Source of the DNA: Parcubacteria group bacterium LiPW_15
GTDB taxonomy: Bacteria > Patescibacteriota > Minisyncoccia > UBA6257 > 2-01-FULL-56-20
Length of the DNA: 47,199 nt
Assembly: GCA_007375645.1 (NCBI GenBank)
Contig: VMER01000001.1
Coordinates: 403,576-450,774, forward strand
Direction of reading: 5' to 3'
Shown here piece after piece: positions 1 through 9,458 of this stretch. The notes beneath the pieces were generated by a model. That model had not been told where the DNA came from and made no database searches. It worked only from the letters and a program-made list of their open reading frames with translations. The first letter of the stretch is position 1. Every line of letters starts with the position of its first letter. Both the position numbers and the translations under genes were made by a program.

Positions 1-1078
1 CGCCGACGGAGCCAACCGATGCCTCAACGGAAAGATATAGGCTGCTGTTTGCGGGAATCGAAACATTCGGGACACTGCAGCTCGCGGAACCTGTTCCACC
101 GCCCGAACCGCCGCCGGTGCCTCCTCCGCCCGACGGATTAGTTCCGGTTACAATCAAATTCACTGTTGCAGAACCGATTATTTCCGCGGAACCCCCGGAA
201 GGGCATCCGGAAACAGGACAACCCGTGGAACAAACAACCTTGAAAGTCTTATTCCCGGTCATGGCGTTCGAAAGGGCATAAAGTTTGAAGCCTACGGAAT
301 TAGCGCCTGGAGAAATTACTTTGCCGACTCCCACATCGGAAAAAATTCCGGAAGAAAAATCTCTGGCTACCACATAAACATAATTTCCGCCGATCGCTTG
401 ATTTGAATTTACCGTAAAATCCAAAGTTCCGTCCTGATTGATAGTCGCACTTCCTGGAGTCACCGAGCAGGTTGCCGGACCAGTCGGAGCCGCCGGAACG
501 GGAGGCGTTGCTCCTCCCCCGCCCGAAGCGACCGAGCAATCTTTGGTGTGCGAAATTATCTCCGAGCCATAACCCAAACCTTCATAAGAAATAAATAATC
601 TCTGATTCAAAATTTTTCCTCGGACATCCACCGTTCTCCCCGGTTCGTAGCTCGAGTACGCCGAACAATTCATGGTTCGCTGAACTCCTTTTTTTAGCTC
701 CCCGACCGTAAGCCAGGTACCAAAATTTTTAAAACTCCCGGAGTTATCCGGATCTATCCAAAGACGCGCTACGGTGTTTGCCGGAACATCCGCCGCTCCG
801 GAAAGGCTGATGGTAAAAACTCCCTTATCCTTTACGCTGGATGGAACAAAAGACAGCACTCCGCTTGCCAGAGGAGTCGAAGATGCCGCGGACGCTCCCC
901 CGCCTCCGCCGCCACGGGGCGGGTCATAAGTTATAACTCCACAGGAAGAGGCTCCAGGATTGCTAAAACAATATCCCGTATCCCTGTTCTCCGGCTCCAT
1001 AACGGCAAAACCCATGCTCGCGGAAAAAGCGACGACGAGAAACAACGCCAACCCAAGGCTTAGGTATATTTTCTTCAT
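1..1078 (-). CDS. Secreted protein, C-terminus cut off by the window edge; lies directly downstream of the minor pilin genes
   Basis: ATG at 1078-1076 opens MKKIYLSLGLALFLVVAFSASMGFA, which looks like a signal peptide. In my own translation the frame stays open to position 1. It is missing from the ORF track because there is no stop in the window. Gly-rich linkers separate Cys-containing modules. Confidence 0.55.
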   Translation of the reverse strand, partial: MKKIYLSLGLALFLVVAFSASMGFAVMEPENRDTGYCFSNPGASSCGVITYDPPRGGGGGGASAASSTPLASGVLSFVPSSVKDKGVFTISLSGAADVPANTVARLWIDPDNSGSFKNFGTWLTVGELKKGVQRTMNCSAYSSYEPGRTVDVRGKILNQRLFISYEGLGYGSEIISHTKDCSVASGGGGATPPVPAAPTGPATCSVTPGSATINQDGTLDFTVNSNQAIGGNYVYVVARDFSSGIFSDVGVGKVISPGANSVGFKLYALSNAMTGNKTFKVVCSTGCPVSGCPSGGSAEIIGSATVNLIVTGTNPSGGGGTGGGSGGGTGSASCSVPNVSIPANSSLYLSVEASVGSVG

Positions 1079-1131
1079 AAACTCATTATAACAAATCTCC
1101 GCGGTCTCCCGCTCCATCGGTCCAGAGACTT

Positions 1132-1704
1132 CTATAGCGAAAAGTTCCTGGCGCTAACGGTCGTCTGAATGTTCGTTATATTCTCGGAAACATTGGCCGC
1201 CTGCCCGGCTCTAGGACTAAGTCCCACAAGTATTGTGATGCGTGGCGGATATAACGGATCCAAAGGAGGAGAAGAATTGAGGTCGCCCAACGGAATAAGA
1301 TTTAAATAGCGGATATTCACGCTCTCCGCAGTAATTTGTTTGGCGACACCGGCATTCACTTGTCGAGTTATGGTGCCATACCCTTCCGGTGCTGTCCCAA
1401 AGGAGTAGACCACTGTTTCTCCTTTTGAATTCATAAAGTTCAGCGAGTCCGAGGAACAGGCGCTGGGGCAAAAATTGAATCCTGTTCTTATCTCTCTGGA
1501 CATCTGCTCGATAACCAGGCTCGCGTTACTGCTCGCGGTAATGAGCGCAACGATCTGTTTTTGAGTCCTAAGCGCCCTCACGAATCCGCCCATCGCAATA
1601 GAAACGATGACTCCGAAAAGTCCGATGGAAACCAAAAGCTCCACAATGGTAAACCCTCGACGCCCGAGCCTAGATTTTCTACAAATATTTATCCTCATCG
1701 CCAA
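1132..1704 (-). CDS. Type IV pilin-like protein (minor pilin/pseudopilin)
   Basis: N-terminal prepilin cleavage/methylation motif RRGFTIVELLVSIGLFGVIVSIA. Sits in the pilus operon. Confidence 0.8.
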   Translation of the reverse strand: MAMRINICRKSRLGRRGFTIVELLVSIGLFGVIVSIAMGGFVRALRTQKQIVALITASSNASLVIEQMSREIRTGFNFCPSACSSDSLNFMNSKGETVVYSFGTAPEGYGTITRQVNAGVAKQITAESVNIRYLNLIPLGDLNSSPPLDPLYPPRITILVGLSPRAGQAANVSENITNIQTTVSARNFSL

Positions 1705-2243
1705 TTATAAAAATGGTCTTCCAAGTTAACGTTAAAAGTTCCTCCGCCTCGCGAGGTCCAATCAACGATGGAGTTCACCACCACTTCGTTCGGTTTTAAT
1801 TGCACCCTGATGGTCCGTACGAACGGAGTTGTCTCCGTAAATCCATAACCATATAGATGCGTGCCCGGGTCAAAAGTAAGGGGCGCTCCCGTAGCCGGAT
1901 AAATAAGCGTCGGGCTGTTATATTGCACTTCAAAATCATTTGAGCTAAACCCGGTTGCCCATCCGGCGCCGGTTATTAAATTGCTATCCAAAATATTTTT
2001 TGCGACCTCCATCCCCTCTATAGCCAAATATGTCGCCGCATAATTGTCCGCAACCACGCGATTGAGCCCCAGAGCCCTCGAAAGCAAGGTCATTACGCCC
2101 AAGAAGCCAACTGTTAAAATTCCGAGTGCCACAAGCATCTCGATGAGCAACTGTCCAGAACGAGAATAGAATTTAGAATCTAGAATGTAGAATCTAGAAG
2201 CTGGAATTTCCTTTTTGAATTTTTTATTTTTGTTGTTTTGCAT
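1695..2243 (-). CDS. Type IV pilin-like protein (minor pilin, PilV-like)
   Basis: SGQLLIEMLVALGILTVGFLGV hydrophobic pilin N-terminus after a long basic leader. Overlaps the next gene by 10 nt. Confidence 0.7.
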   Translation of the reverse strand: MQNNKNKKFKKEIPASRFYILDSKFYSRSGQLLIEMLVALGILTVGFLGVMTLLSRALGLNRVVADNYAATYLAIEGMEVAKNILDSNLITGAGWATGFSSNDFEVQYNSPTLIYPATGAPLTFDPGTHLYGYGFTETTPFVRTIRVQLKPNEVVVNSIVDWTSRGGGTFNVNLEDHFYNWR

Positions 2244-2276
2244 TTCTACTACTTTCTACATTCTACATACTACCTT

Positions 2277-2873
2277 CTAGAATGAAATTTGCCCTGCCGG
2301 ACTTACGCTTATTTTCAGAGTATTCGGGCTTTGCGCGGCGCCAAGGACCACTTCCCCGGTCGTATCGGCTATCGGGGGCGCCCCGGAACCTCCTAGTATC
2401 CAGACAAAAGTGGTTGGATCCGGCGGGACAAAGAGAACATACTCCAGAGCATTTCCGCTCGGGACATCCTTAAAATTAATTTCATTCTGCAACACAAACG
2501 TCTCTATTTCCCGATACGGGCCGCCTTGGTCCGTCGGAGTAGCGTCTATGCCGCTGGTTGGAATCGTAGAACAACTCGACGGTCTGTAGCTGAAAAGGGA
2601 ATACGAACGGTTCGCGGAATCTACCCGCATTCCGTACGCGCAGGGAGTGTCCGGATTGTTGTAAGTCGAGATTGCCAGAGACTTCGCCCGAAGCGCGACC
2701 TGAGCAAGCTTGGCCGATTCCACATATAGTGCAACTTGGCCGCGGCCGGTCGAGGAATATGTAAGCACCATTCCGGCCAAAAATGTAGTGATGGCCACGA
2801 CAACCAACACCTCCACCAAAGTGAAAGCGATGCGGGATGCACAATCGATCGAATGTAATCTTTGCCGTTCCAT
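2277..2873 (-). CDS. Type IV pilin-like protein (minor pilin, FimT/GspH-like)
   Basis: IAFTLVEVLVVVAITTFLAGMVL prepilin-type N-terminus. Operon context. Confidence 0.75.
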   Translation of the reverse strand: MERQRLHSIDCASRIAFTLVEVLVVVAITTFLAGMVLTYSSTGRGQVALYVESAKLAQVALRAKSLAISTYNNPDTPCAYGMRVDSANRSYSLFSYRPSSCSTIPTSGIDATPTDQGGPYREIETFVLQNEINFKDVPSGNALEYVLFVPPDPTTFVWILGGSGAPPIADTTGEVVLGAAQSPNTLKISVSPAGQISF

Positions 2874-2927
2874 ACCTTCTTAGAATACCACACGCGCCCT
2901 TGTGCGACACATTCCCCTTTATGCGTT

Positions 2928-3788
2928 TTAAAAAGATAACAATCCAAAATACCAGTTCGCTATCGGCAAACCGAAAAAGAACAGTGTCGCACTCCCGACG
3001 GCCAAAAACGGGACGAAGGGCACCGCGCCTTTCGCGGTTTTCTTTTTAAAAAGCATGAGTCCTAACCCGAAGATGGCGCCGATAACAAAAGCGAAACCGA
3101 CGACCAGCGCGACATCCGGCCAGCCGAAAATAAGCCCCAGCCCCAAACTCAGTTTCATATCTCCCATCCCCATCCCCTTCCCCTTGGTAGCCAAAATAAG
3201 AAGTCCGAAGAACAAGACTGCGACAACAACTCCGAAAAGCCGATTCACCACAAGCGAATCCTGAAACCCGAAAAGATATGCGTAATGCCCCAAAAAAGAA
3301 CTTGCTTTTATTCCCAAAATTTTCAGAGGATATGCGAAAGTTGAGAGAGCGCCCAAAACTACCAAAAGAAACGTTCCCTCGTCCGGAATCAACTGAAACC
3401 GGTAGTCGATAAACGACAAAAGCTGCAGGATCAAAAATATCACGACCCAAATGAGTACTACGGGCGAAAAAAACGGCGGGGTGGGATAAGAAATGGAAAA
3501 AATTATCTCCGGCACAAAAGCCAAGATGAGTCCGCCGGAAATTTCTCCGAGAGGATAAAGCCAGCTTATTTTTTCTCCACAATGGGCACACTTCCTCCTC
3601 TGTACCAAAAAACTAAAGATCGGAATCAATTCCCAGGCGGACAAGATGTGCTTGCAACGAGGGCAATGAGATCGCCCGCCCATGGTTTGCTTCGTAAGCA
3701 AAAACTTATCCGGGTCATAGCGGGTCGCAAGGACGTTCAAAAAACTCCCGATCGCAAGACCGAAAATAAACCGGATTATCAACTCCAT
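2928..3788 (-). CDS. pilD: Prepilin peptidase (A24 family)
   Basis: CPRCKH...CAHCGEKISWLYPLGE zinc-binding N-terminal methyltransferase region followed by a polytopic membrane domain with GMGMGDMKL. Adjacent to the pilin gene. Confidence 0.9.
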   Translation of the reverse strand: MELIIRFIFGLAIGSFLNVLATRYDPDKFLLTKQTMGGRSHCPRCKHILSAWELIPIFSFLVQRRKCAHCGEKISWLYPLGEISGGLILAFVPEIIFSISYPTPPFFSPVVLIWVVIFLILQLLSFIDYRFQLIPDEGTFLLVVLGALSTFAYPLKILGIKASSFLGHYAYLFGFQDSLVVNRLFGVVVAVLFFGLLILATKGKGMGMGDMKLSLGLGLIFGWPDVALVVGFAFVIGAIFGLGLMLFKKKTAKGAVPFVPFLAVGSATLFFFGLPIANWYFGLLSF

Positions 3789-3795
3789 AGAGAAA

Positions 3796-4287
3796 TTAAG
3801 GTCCTATGCAATATTTTTTCTTCGTAACGTCGGAAGTGTCTACGCCGGTTCCACAATCTATCGTATAGATGGTACCCCTTAATGACGTCTTTTGAAGCGC
3901 GTCGTTTACCTGCTCCATGGTTGCCTTAAGAACATAAACAGTGCCATCGCCGGAAGCGCCGTACTGGTATTTATTGGTCGCATTGTTTATCGGATCATCC
4001 GGGATCTTATTAACTCCGATTCCCGCGGTAGTTATGGCAGTTGCGAAATCAGCCCAGGCCATCTCAGCGTCGGTTCCGCCGGTCGGATATTTGCCGTTTT
4101 TATTATAGAAGAGCTCGAGCGAAGTCTGGATCTGCTTCAAGTCGGAAGCGCGCCGAGAGTCCCTTGCTCTCTGCTGAGCCGGACCGATACCGATAACCAC
4201 GACCGAAGCCAAAATGCCGATAATGGCCACGACGATGAGCATTTCTATGAGGGTGAAACCCTTCCTGCGTGATAATATTTTTTTCAT
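3796..4287 (-). CDS. pilA: Major type IV pilin candidate
   Basis: RRKGFTLIEMLIVVAIIGILASVVV canonical class III signal plus E5. 163 aa, C-terminal Cys pair. Located between pilC and pilD. Confidence 0.85.
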   Translation of the reverse strand: MKKILSRRKGFTLIEMLIVVAIIGILASVVVIGIGPAQQRARDSRRASDLKQIQTSLELFYNKNGKYPTGGTDAEMAWADFATAITTAGIGVNKIPDDPINNATNKYQYGASGDGTVYVLKATMEQVNDALQKTSLRGTIYTIDCGTGVDTSDVTKKKYCIGP

Positions 4288-4336
4288 TTTTTATTATTCC
4301 GACCCTGACTTTTTATTAGTTTTATTATACCACAGC

Positions 4337-5548
4337 TTACTGTATGGAAGATGTGAGCTGATAAAGCGGCAAAAGAATGGAGGCGAAAAGAACCGCGACC
4401 ATAATACCTATGCCTATCATCAAAACCGGCTGGATAAGGTCCACCAGATTACCGACCAGGGTATCGGCTTCTTTTCCGTAAAAATCGGAAATTCTTATAA
4501 GCATCTGATCCATCCGGCCGGTAGTCTCGCCGACCGAGATCATCTGGGACACTAGCGGCGGAAAATGTCTCGGCGCCTTTCCCAGGGCATCCGCGAAATG
4601 CTCTCCTTGGCTCACGTCTTCCGCGACTTGGTGTAAAAGGTCGCGATAAATTACGTTGTCTATGGTCTGCCCCACGATCTCTATCGCCTGGGTTATCGGC
4701 ACACCGCCGCGCAAAAGCATTGAGGTTGTACTCGCGAAACGCGTAAGCGTCAGCGGAACATATATTCTCTTTACTATGGGCATGCGGATCTTTAGGTCGT
4801 CCTTAAAAGCAACGCCCTCCGGGGTCTTCAAATAATCCAAGATCACAATGGCCACTATCGCGAGAAGCAAAACTACTCCTATCCACCATTTGGAAAGAAA
4901 AGTTCCGAGGCCGATAAGGAGCGAGGTAAATGCGGGCAGCTTGACGCCGGACTGCTCAAAGACCGGGACGATCTGCGGAAAAACGAAAGTAAGCATGATG
5001 ATCACAACCACGGCAAAAAGTCCGATCACGATAAACGGATAGATCATGGCCGAGCGGGCCTTGCCGACAAGCGCCGCTTCTTTTTCCAAATAGTCCGCCA
5101 AAAATCCGATAACCTTATCCAAATTTCCGGTAACTTCCGCAGAACGTATCATGCTCACGAAATAAATCGGGAAAATATGGCTCTGACGCTCGAGCGCCTG
5201 GGAAAAAGCCAGACCGGCATCGATATCTTCGCGTATCTGAAGCGCCGCTTCTTTAAGGCCCGGATGCGCGGTTTGATTCTCCAAAGTTTTAACAACCGAA
5301 GTAAGCGGCAACTGCGCTTCCATAAGCACCGCCATTTGACGGGCAAAAATAACCAGGTCTTTTCTTTTTACCCTGCCGAAATAACTCGAAACACGGTCAT
5401 ACCAGCGGACCTTCCCGGTTTCTTCGATGCTTAGGATAAAAAGCTCATGGCCCGTAAGGACGGTTATCGCCGCATCGCGATTAGCCGCATCCACAAAACC
5501 GGTCTGCTCCTCTCCTTCTTTGGTTTTCGCGCGATATTTATACTTCAT
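4337..5548 (-). CDS. pilC: Type IV pilus platform protein (T2SS F family)
   Basis: 403 aa with two T2SSF-like repeats and three TM blocks. Typical PilC length and context. Confidence 0.9.
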   Translation of the reverse strand: MKYKYRAKTKEGEEQTGFVDAANRDAAITVLTGHELFILSIEETGKVRWYDRVSSYFGRVKRKDLVIFARQMAVLMEAQLPLTSVVKTLENQTAHPGLKEAALQIREDIDAGLAFSQALERQSHIFPIYFVSMIRSAEVTGNLDKVIGFLADYLEKEAALVGKARSAMIYPFIVIGLFAVVVIIMLTFVFPQIVPVFEQSGVKLPAFTSLLIGLGTFLSKWWIGVVLLLAIVAIVILDYLKTPEGVAFKDDLKIRMPIVKRIYVPLTLTRFASTTSMLLRGGVPITQAIEIVGQTIDNVIYRDLLHQVAEDVSQGEHFADALGKAPRHFPPLVSQMISVGETTGRMDQMLIRISDFYGKEADTLVGNLVDLIQPVLMIGIGIMVAVLFASILLPLYQLTSSIQ

Positions 5549-5696
5549 CCCGTTAGAAAATTTAACAAATGAGATTTTTTATGACAAAACATATAGCCTG
5601 CCTACCTCAACTACATTTTACCACATTAAGCGCGGCTTTTAATTTTCTAACGGGATTCATGCCGGATTTTCGATAAATTATGCGCTCAATTGTGCC

Positions 5697-5722
5697 AAAA
5701 CGCCGGCATTAGCCGGCGTTTT
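5697..5722. terminator. Bidirectional intrinsic terminator after pilT
   Basis: AAAACGCCGGC-ATTA-GCCGGCGTTTT: 8-bp GC stem flanked by an A run and a T run. Confidence 0.75.
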
Positions 5723-5726
5723 ATGT

Positions 5727-6797
5727 TTACATTCTCTCCAGTAAAATCCTGAGCTCGGAAGGATTCAGTGAATAAAGTTCCGCGTTGTCCATGGAAATAA
5801 GCTTATTCTTGACCAAATTCGCAAGCGAGCGGTTCAGGGTTATCATCCCCTCCTGAAGCGAGGTTTCGATAACCAGATCTATTTGGTAAACCTTTCTCTC
5901 GCGGATGAGGTTCCGAACGGCCGGATTCACCACCATGATCTCCATGGCCGGCATTCTGCCTCCGCCAAGCTTCGGCAAAAGGCGCTGGGAAACGATAGCG
6001 ACCAAAGTGGAAGCCAGTTGGGAAATAACCTGGGACTGCTGTTCCGCCGGGAAAGAGTCGATAATACGATCGATGGTCTGGGAAGCGGAGTTGGTGTGCA
6101 GGGTGGAAAAAACCAAGTGACCGGTTTCGGAAGCGGTCATCGCCGTGGCGATGGAAGCCGCGTCGCGCATTTCGCCGATCATAACTACGTCCGGATCCTG
6201 GCGAAGAACGGTTCTGAGCCCCAAATCGAAACTCGGCACATCGGACCCGACTTCTCTTTGAGAGATAATGCTCCTGTCTTGAGTGAAAAGATATTCGATA
6301 GGATCTTCAACGGTAATTATATGATCGCCTCTCGTGTGGTTTACTTCGTCGAGGAGCGCGGCAAGAGTGGTGGACTTTCCGTGGCCAGCCGGACCCACGA
6401 CCAAAATAAATCCTTGGGAAAGTTTTGCGAAATCGTGAAGTATCGGCGGCAAACCTAATTCTTCAACCGTCCTGATGCGGGAAGAAATGAGGCGAAGCGC
6501 CGCAGCCAGATATCCTCTCTGGAAATAAACGTTGCAGCGAAAACGCACCTTGTCTTCAAAACTGTAGGCGAAGTCTACTTGCCGCTCCGCGGCCAGTTTT
6601 TGTTTCTGCGGTTCGGTCAAAAGAGCGTTAATAAGCCCGTTCGCGTCTTCCGGGGTCAATATCTCTTCGCTCGCGACCGGAACCAGAATTCCGTCCACGC
6701 GTAAAGTCGGACGCCTCCCAACCGCCAAATGAAGATCAGAAGAGTTTTGCTTCGCGGCGGTTACCAAAAGTCCTTTAAGCTTTTCTGTGTAATCCAT
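5727..6797 (-). CDS. pilT: Twitching-motility retraction ATPase
   Basis: 356 aa. Walker A GPAGHGKSTTLAALL, VMIGEMRD, TGHLVFSTLHTN. Confidence 0.9.
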   Translation of the reverse strand: MDYTEKLKGLLVTAAKQNSSDLHLAVGRRPTLRVDGILVPVASEEILTPEDANGLINALLTEPQKQKLAAERQVDFAYSFEDKVRFRCNVYFQRGYLAAALRLISSRIRTVEELGLPPILHDFAKLSQGFILVVGPAGHGKSTTLAALLDEVNHTRGDHIITVEDPIEYLFTQDRSIISQREVGSDVPSFDLGLRTVLRQDPDVVMIGEMRDAASIATAMTASETGHLVFSTLHTNSASQTIDRIIDSFPAEQQSQVISQLASTLVAIVSQRLLPKLGGGRMPAMEIMVVNPAVRNLIRERKVYQIDLVIETSLQEGMITLNRSLANLVKNKLISMDNAELYSLNPSELRILLERM

Positions 6798-6865
6798 TGT
6801 CTATATTGTAGCATAACAAAAAAGCACAAAACATGAATTGTGTAGCGTGATTCGCGTCTCGCGCC

Positions 6866-8578
6866 TTATTCCGCCGTCTCCCGGATAACTTCTTCTATAG
6901 AGACCAGCCCATCCAAGGCTTTTAACACACCGTCTTCTCTAAGCGTCACCATCCCCTGCTTCTTACCTTCCGCCAAGATCTTTTGGATAGTCGGACCGGA
7001 CAGAATTATGTCTTCGAGGGCCGGGCTCATTTTTAAGACTTCGAATATTGCGAGCCTCCCCAAAACACCCTTGCCCTTACAGACATCGCAACCGGGCGCT
7101 TTATAAACCTTGTAAGGTTCCGTATATTTTTTGGCGGTATCCGGGCCAACCGAGGCCAAAACCGTTTTAATTATTTTCTGTACCGGCTCTGTGGCAACCT
7201 CCGGTTTTTTGCAATTGTCGCAAAGTTTGGAGATAAGCCGCTGGGACATCATGAGGTTCAAAGCCGAGGGTAGAAGGAAGGGTTCCACTTTCATATCAAT
7301 AAGTCTCGGTACCACGCCGGCCGCATTATTAGTGTGAATGGTGGAAAGCACGATGTGGCCGGTCAAGGCCGCATGGACGGAAAGTCCGGCGGTTTCATTG
7401 TCGCGCGTTTCACCGACCATTATTACATCCGGGTCTTGGCGAAGTATCTGGCGCAAGCCCGAGGCAAAGTCATAGCCTATTTCCGGGCGCACTTGAGACT
7501 GGTTCACTCCGGAAACAAAGTATTCCACCGGGTCTTCCAAACTCACTATATTAACTTCCTCTTTATTGAGAAGCTGTAAAATCGCGTAAAGGGTTGTAGA
7601 TTTACCGGAACCGGTAGGACCGGAAATGTAGATCATGCCGAAAGGTTTTTGAATTCCTTCCGCCACTATCTCCGCACTTTTCCCGATCAAACCCAGTTGA
7701 TCCAAAGTTTTCAAACCCGTCTTCGGGTCCAAAACGCGGATAGCAACTTTTTCCCCCAAAGGGGTTGGAAAGGTCGCAACACGAAAATCTATCTCCCGAT
7801 CGAAGAGCTTGGTGCGAAAACGGCCGTCTTGAGGAGTGCGGGTTTCATCAATACGCAGATTGGACATGACTTTCACGCGCGAGATAACGGTCGTTGCGAT
7901 AGACAATGGCAAGGAAGCCGCTTCGTGAAGATCGCCGGAAGTCCGGAAACGAATGCGCAGATAATTTTGTTGCGGCTCGATATGCACGTCGGACGCGCCG
8001 GACTGCACCGCCTCTCTTAGGGTGTTCGCCACAATCCTTATTATCGGAGCGTCTTCCGCCGAACCACCGGCCTCGAGCTCCACGATCTTTTCCCTTTGGT
8101 CTTTGACTCCCATCGATTTCACCGCCGCCTCTACTTCGCTCTTATATGGAGAATATTTGCGGATTATTTGCTGCCAGTCGCCGTAGGAAATAACATAGAC
8201 TCCGAGATTCAGCCGGTTTCTGCGCGCGATAAATTTGAGCGCCTCCTGCGCACGCGAGTCATCGGGGTTAAGCATTCCGACCACCAACATGTCGCCTTGT
8301 TTTGAAAGCGGAGCGACACCGTAGGCTCTCACGGTTTCTTCAGGAATAGTTTGAAGAAGTTTATCATCATAATCCGTGATAGAAACTTTTTGATATGGAA
8401 TATTCAGCGCCGCGGCCTTGGCCTCGGCTATTTTTTCGTCATCCGTAGAATGCCGTTCATACAAAATCTGCTCCAGGTTTTTGCCAGAGGTCATTACTTC
8501 GCGCTTCAACTTTGCCGCTTCTTCCGCGCTTATTATTCCTTTCGCTTGAAGCGCTTGAAGGAGTTGATCGGCTACCAT
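6866..8578 (-). CDS. pilB: Type IV pilus assembly ATPase (GspE/PilB)
   Basis: 570 aa. N-terminal GSPII-like domain, Walker A GPTGSGKSTTLYAIL, tetracysteine CDNC...CDVC motif. Confidence 0.9.
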   Translation of the reverse strand: MVADQLLQALQAKGIISAEEAAKLKREVMTSGKNLEQILYERHSTDDEKIAEAKAAALNIPYQKVSITDYDDKLLQTIPEETVRAYGVAPLSKQGDMLVVGMLNPDDSRAQEALKFIARRNRLNLGVYVISYGDWQQIIRKYSPYKSEVEAAVKSMGVKDQREKIVELEAGGSAEDAPIIRIVANTLREAVQSGASDVHIEPQQNYLRIRFRTSGDLHEAASLPLSIATTVISRVKVMSNLRIDETRTPQDGRFRTKLFDREIDFRVATFPTPLGEKVAIRVLDPKTGLKTLDQLGLIGKSAEIVAEGIQKPFGMIYISGPTGSGKSTTLYAILQLLNKEEVNIVSLEDPVEYFVSGVNQSQVRPEIGYDFASGLRQILRQDPDVIMVGETRDNETAGLSVHAALTGHIVLSTIHTNNAAGVVPRLIDMKVEPFLLPSALNLMMSQRLISKLCDNCKKPEVATEPVQKIIKTVLASVGPDTAKKYTEPYKVYKAPGCDVCKGKGVLGRLAIFEVLKMSPALEDIILSGPTIQKILAEGKKQGMVTLREDGVLKALDGLVSIEEVIRETAE

Positions 8579-8581
8579 GAG

Positions 8582-8875
8582 TTAAAAACCAAGAAATGGA
8601 TTGGTCCGGCCCTTGTTTGCGGGAACAAGCGGGGTTACGTATTGGCGAAAGCTCTTGCTCAAAGAATCCACCACATCTTTGGGGCTAACATTCAGCTTGG
8701 AAAGCTGTTCCGTATTTTTAAAATTTGAAGGAGCGGAAATCTGCCCGACCAGTTCCGGCTGTTTGAAAAAAAGATAATAAGCCGAACCTCCCACGGCGCC
8801 GACAATAAGCACCCAGGTAATCACGGTCAATATTCCCATCCCGCCCTTCTTTTCTTCTTCAACAACAATAGCCAT
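8582..8875 (-). CDS. Small single-pass membrane protein in the pilus operon, function unknown
   Basis: 97 aa with TM segment GILTVITWVLIVGAVGGSAYYLFF. Tightly packed between the pilO-like gene and pilB. Confidence 0.5.
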   Translation of the reverse strand: MAIVVEEEKKGGMGILTVITWVLIVGAVGGSAYYLFFKQPELVGQISAPSNFKNTEQLSKLNVSPKDVVDSLSKSFRQYVTPLVPANKGRTNPFLGF

Positions 8876-8881
8876 TTTGTT

Positions 8882-9457
8882 TTAAGGATTTTGATAATAG
8901 GTTACGACCGAGAGATCGAATCCGTAAAAATCCTGATTTGGTTTGGCAAGCGGATCTACGGAAATCGAGCGGACGTCAAATATGCGGATGTTAGTCTCCA
9001 AGTTTCCCAAGAAATTTTTGAAATCGCCGTAAGTCCCGATAACCCTAAGCTGAAAGGTCATGTTGCCGATGGGCCGAATAACCGCAGTGCTCGTAACTCC
9101 GCCAGCATCCTGGGAAACCGGCGCGGAAATGGAAAGCGATTGAAGCGACAGCTTATTCAAAGACGCCATACTTTGTATCTGATGCAAAATTCCGGACTGA
9201 TCAAGTTTCAGGGGCAAAGAAAGAGACACAACGTCGCGGATAGCTCCCTTCCCCTGATAATCGGCTATCAATTTCTGCACCTGGTCTATGGCGCCTTTTT
9301 GGTCGCTCACAAGCTGTTGGCGCGAAAGAACATCCGCACGGATGGCATCCGCGGCTCCATACTCCGGAACCGTTAAATTGAAATAGATTATGAGCGCGGC
9401 AAAAACCATAACCAGTGCCGCAACCAAACTTACTAATCTTTTTGTGGAGGGTTTCAT
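8882..9457 (-). CDS. pilO: PilO-like pilus assembly protein
   Basis: I moved the start to the internal ATG at 9457 (MKPSTKRLVSLVAALVMVFAALIIYF). This start sits 1 nt after the upstream gene's stop. One N-terminal TM followed by a coiled-coil-like region. Position after pilM-pilN. Confidence 0.5.
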   Translation of the reverse strand: MKPSTKRLVSLVAALVMVFAALIIYFNLTVPEYGAADAIRADVLSRQQLVSDQKGAIDQVQKLIADYQGKGAIRDVVSLSLPLKLDQSGILHQIQSMASLNKLSLQSLSISAPVSQDAGGVTSTAVIRPIGNMTFQLRVIGTYGDFKNFLGNLETNIRIFDVRSISVDPLAKPNQDFYGFDLSVVTYYQNP

Positions 9458-9458
9458 T

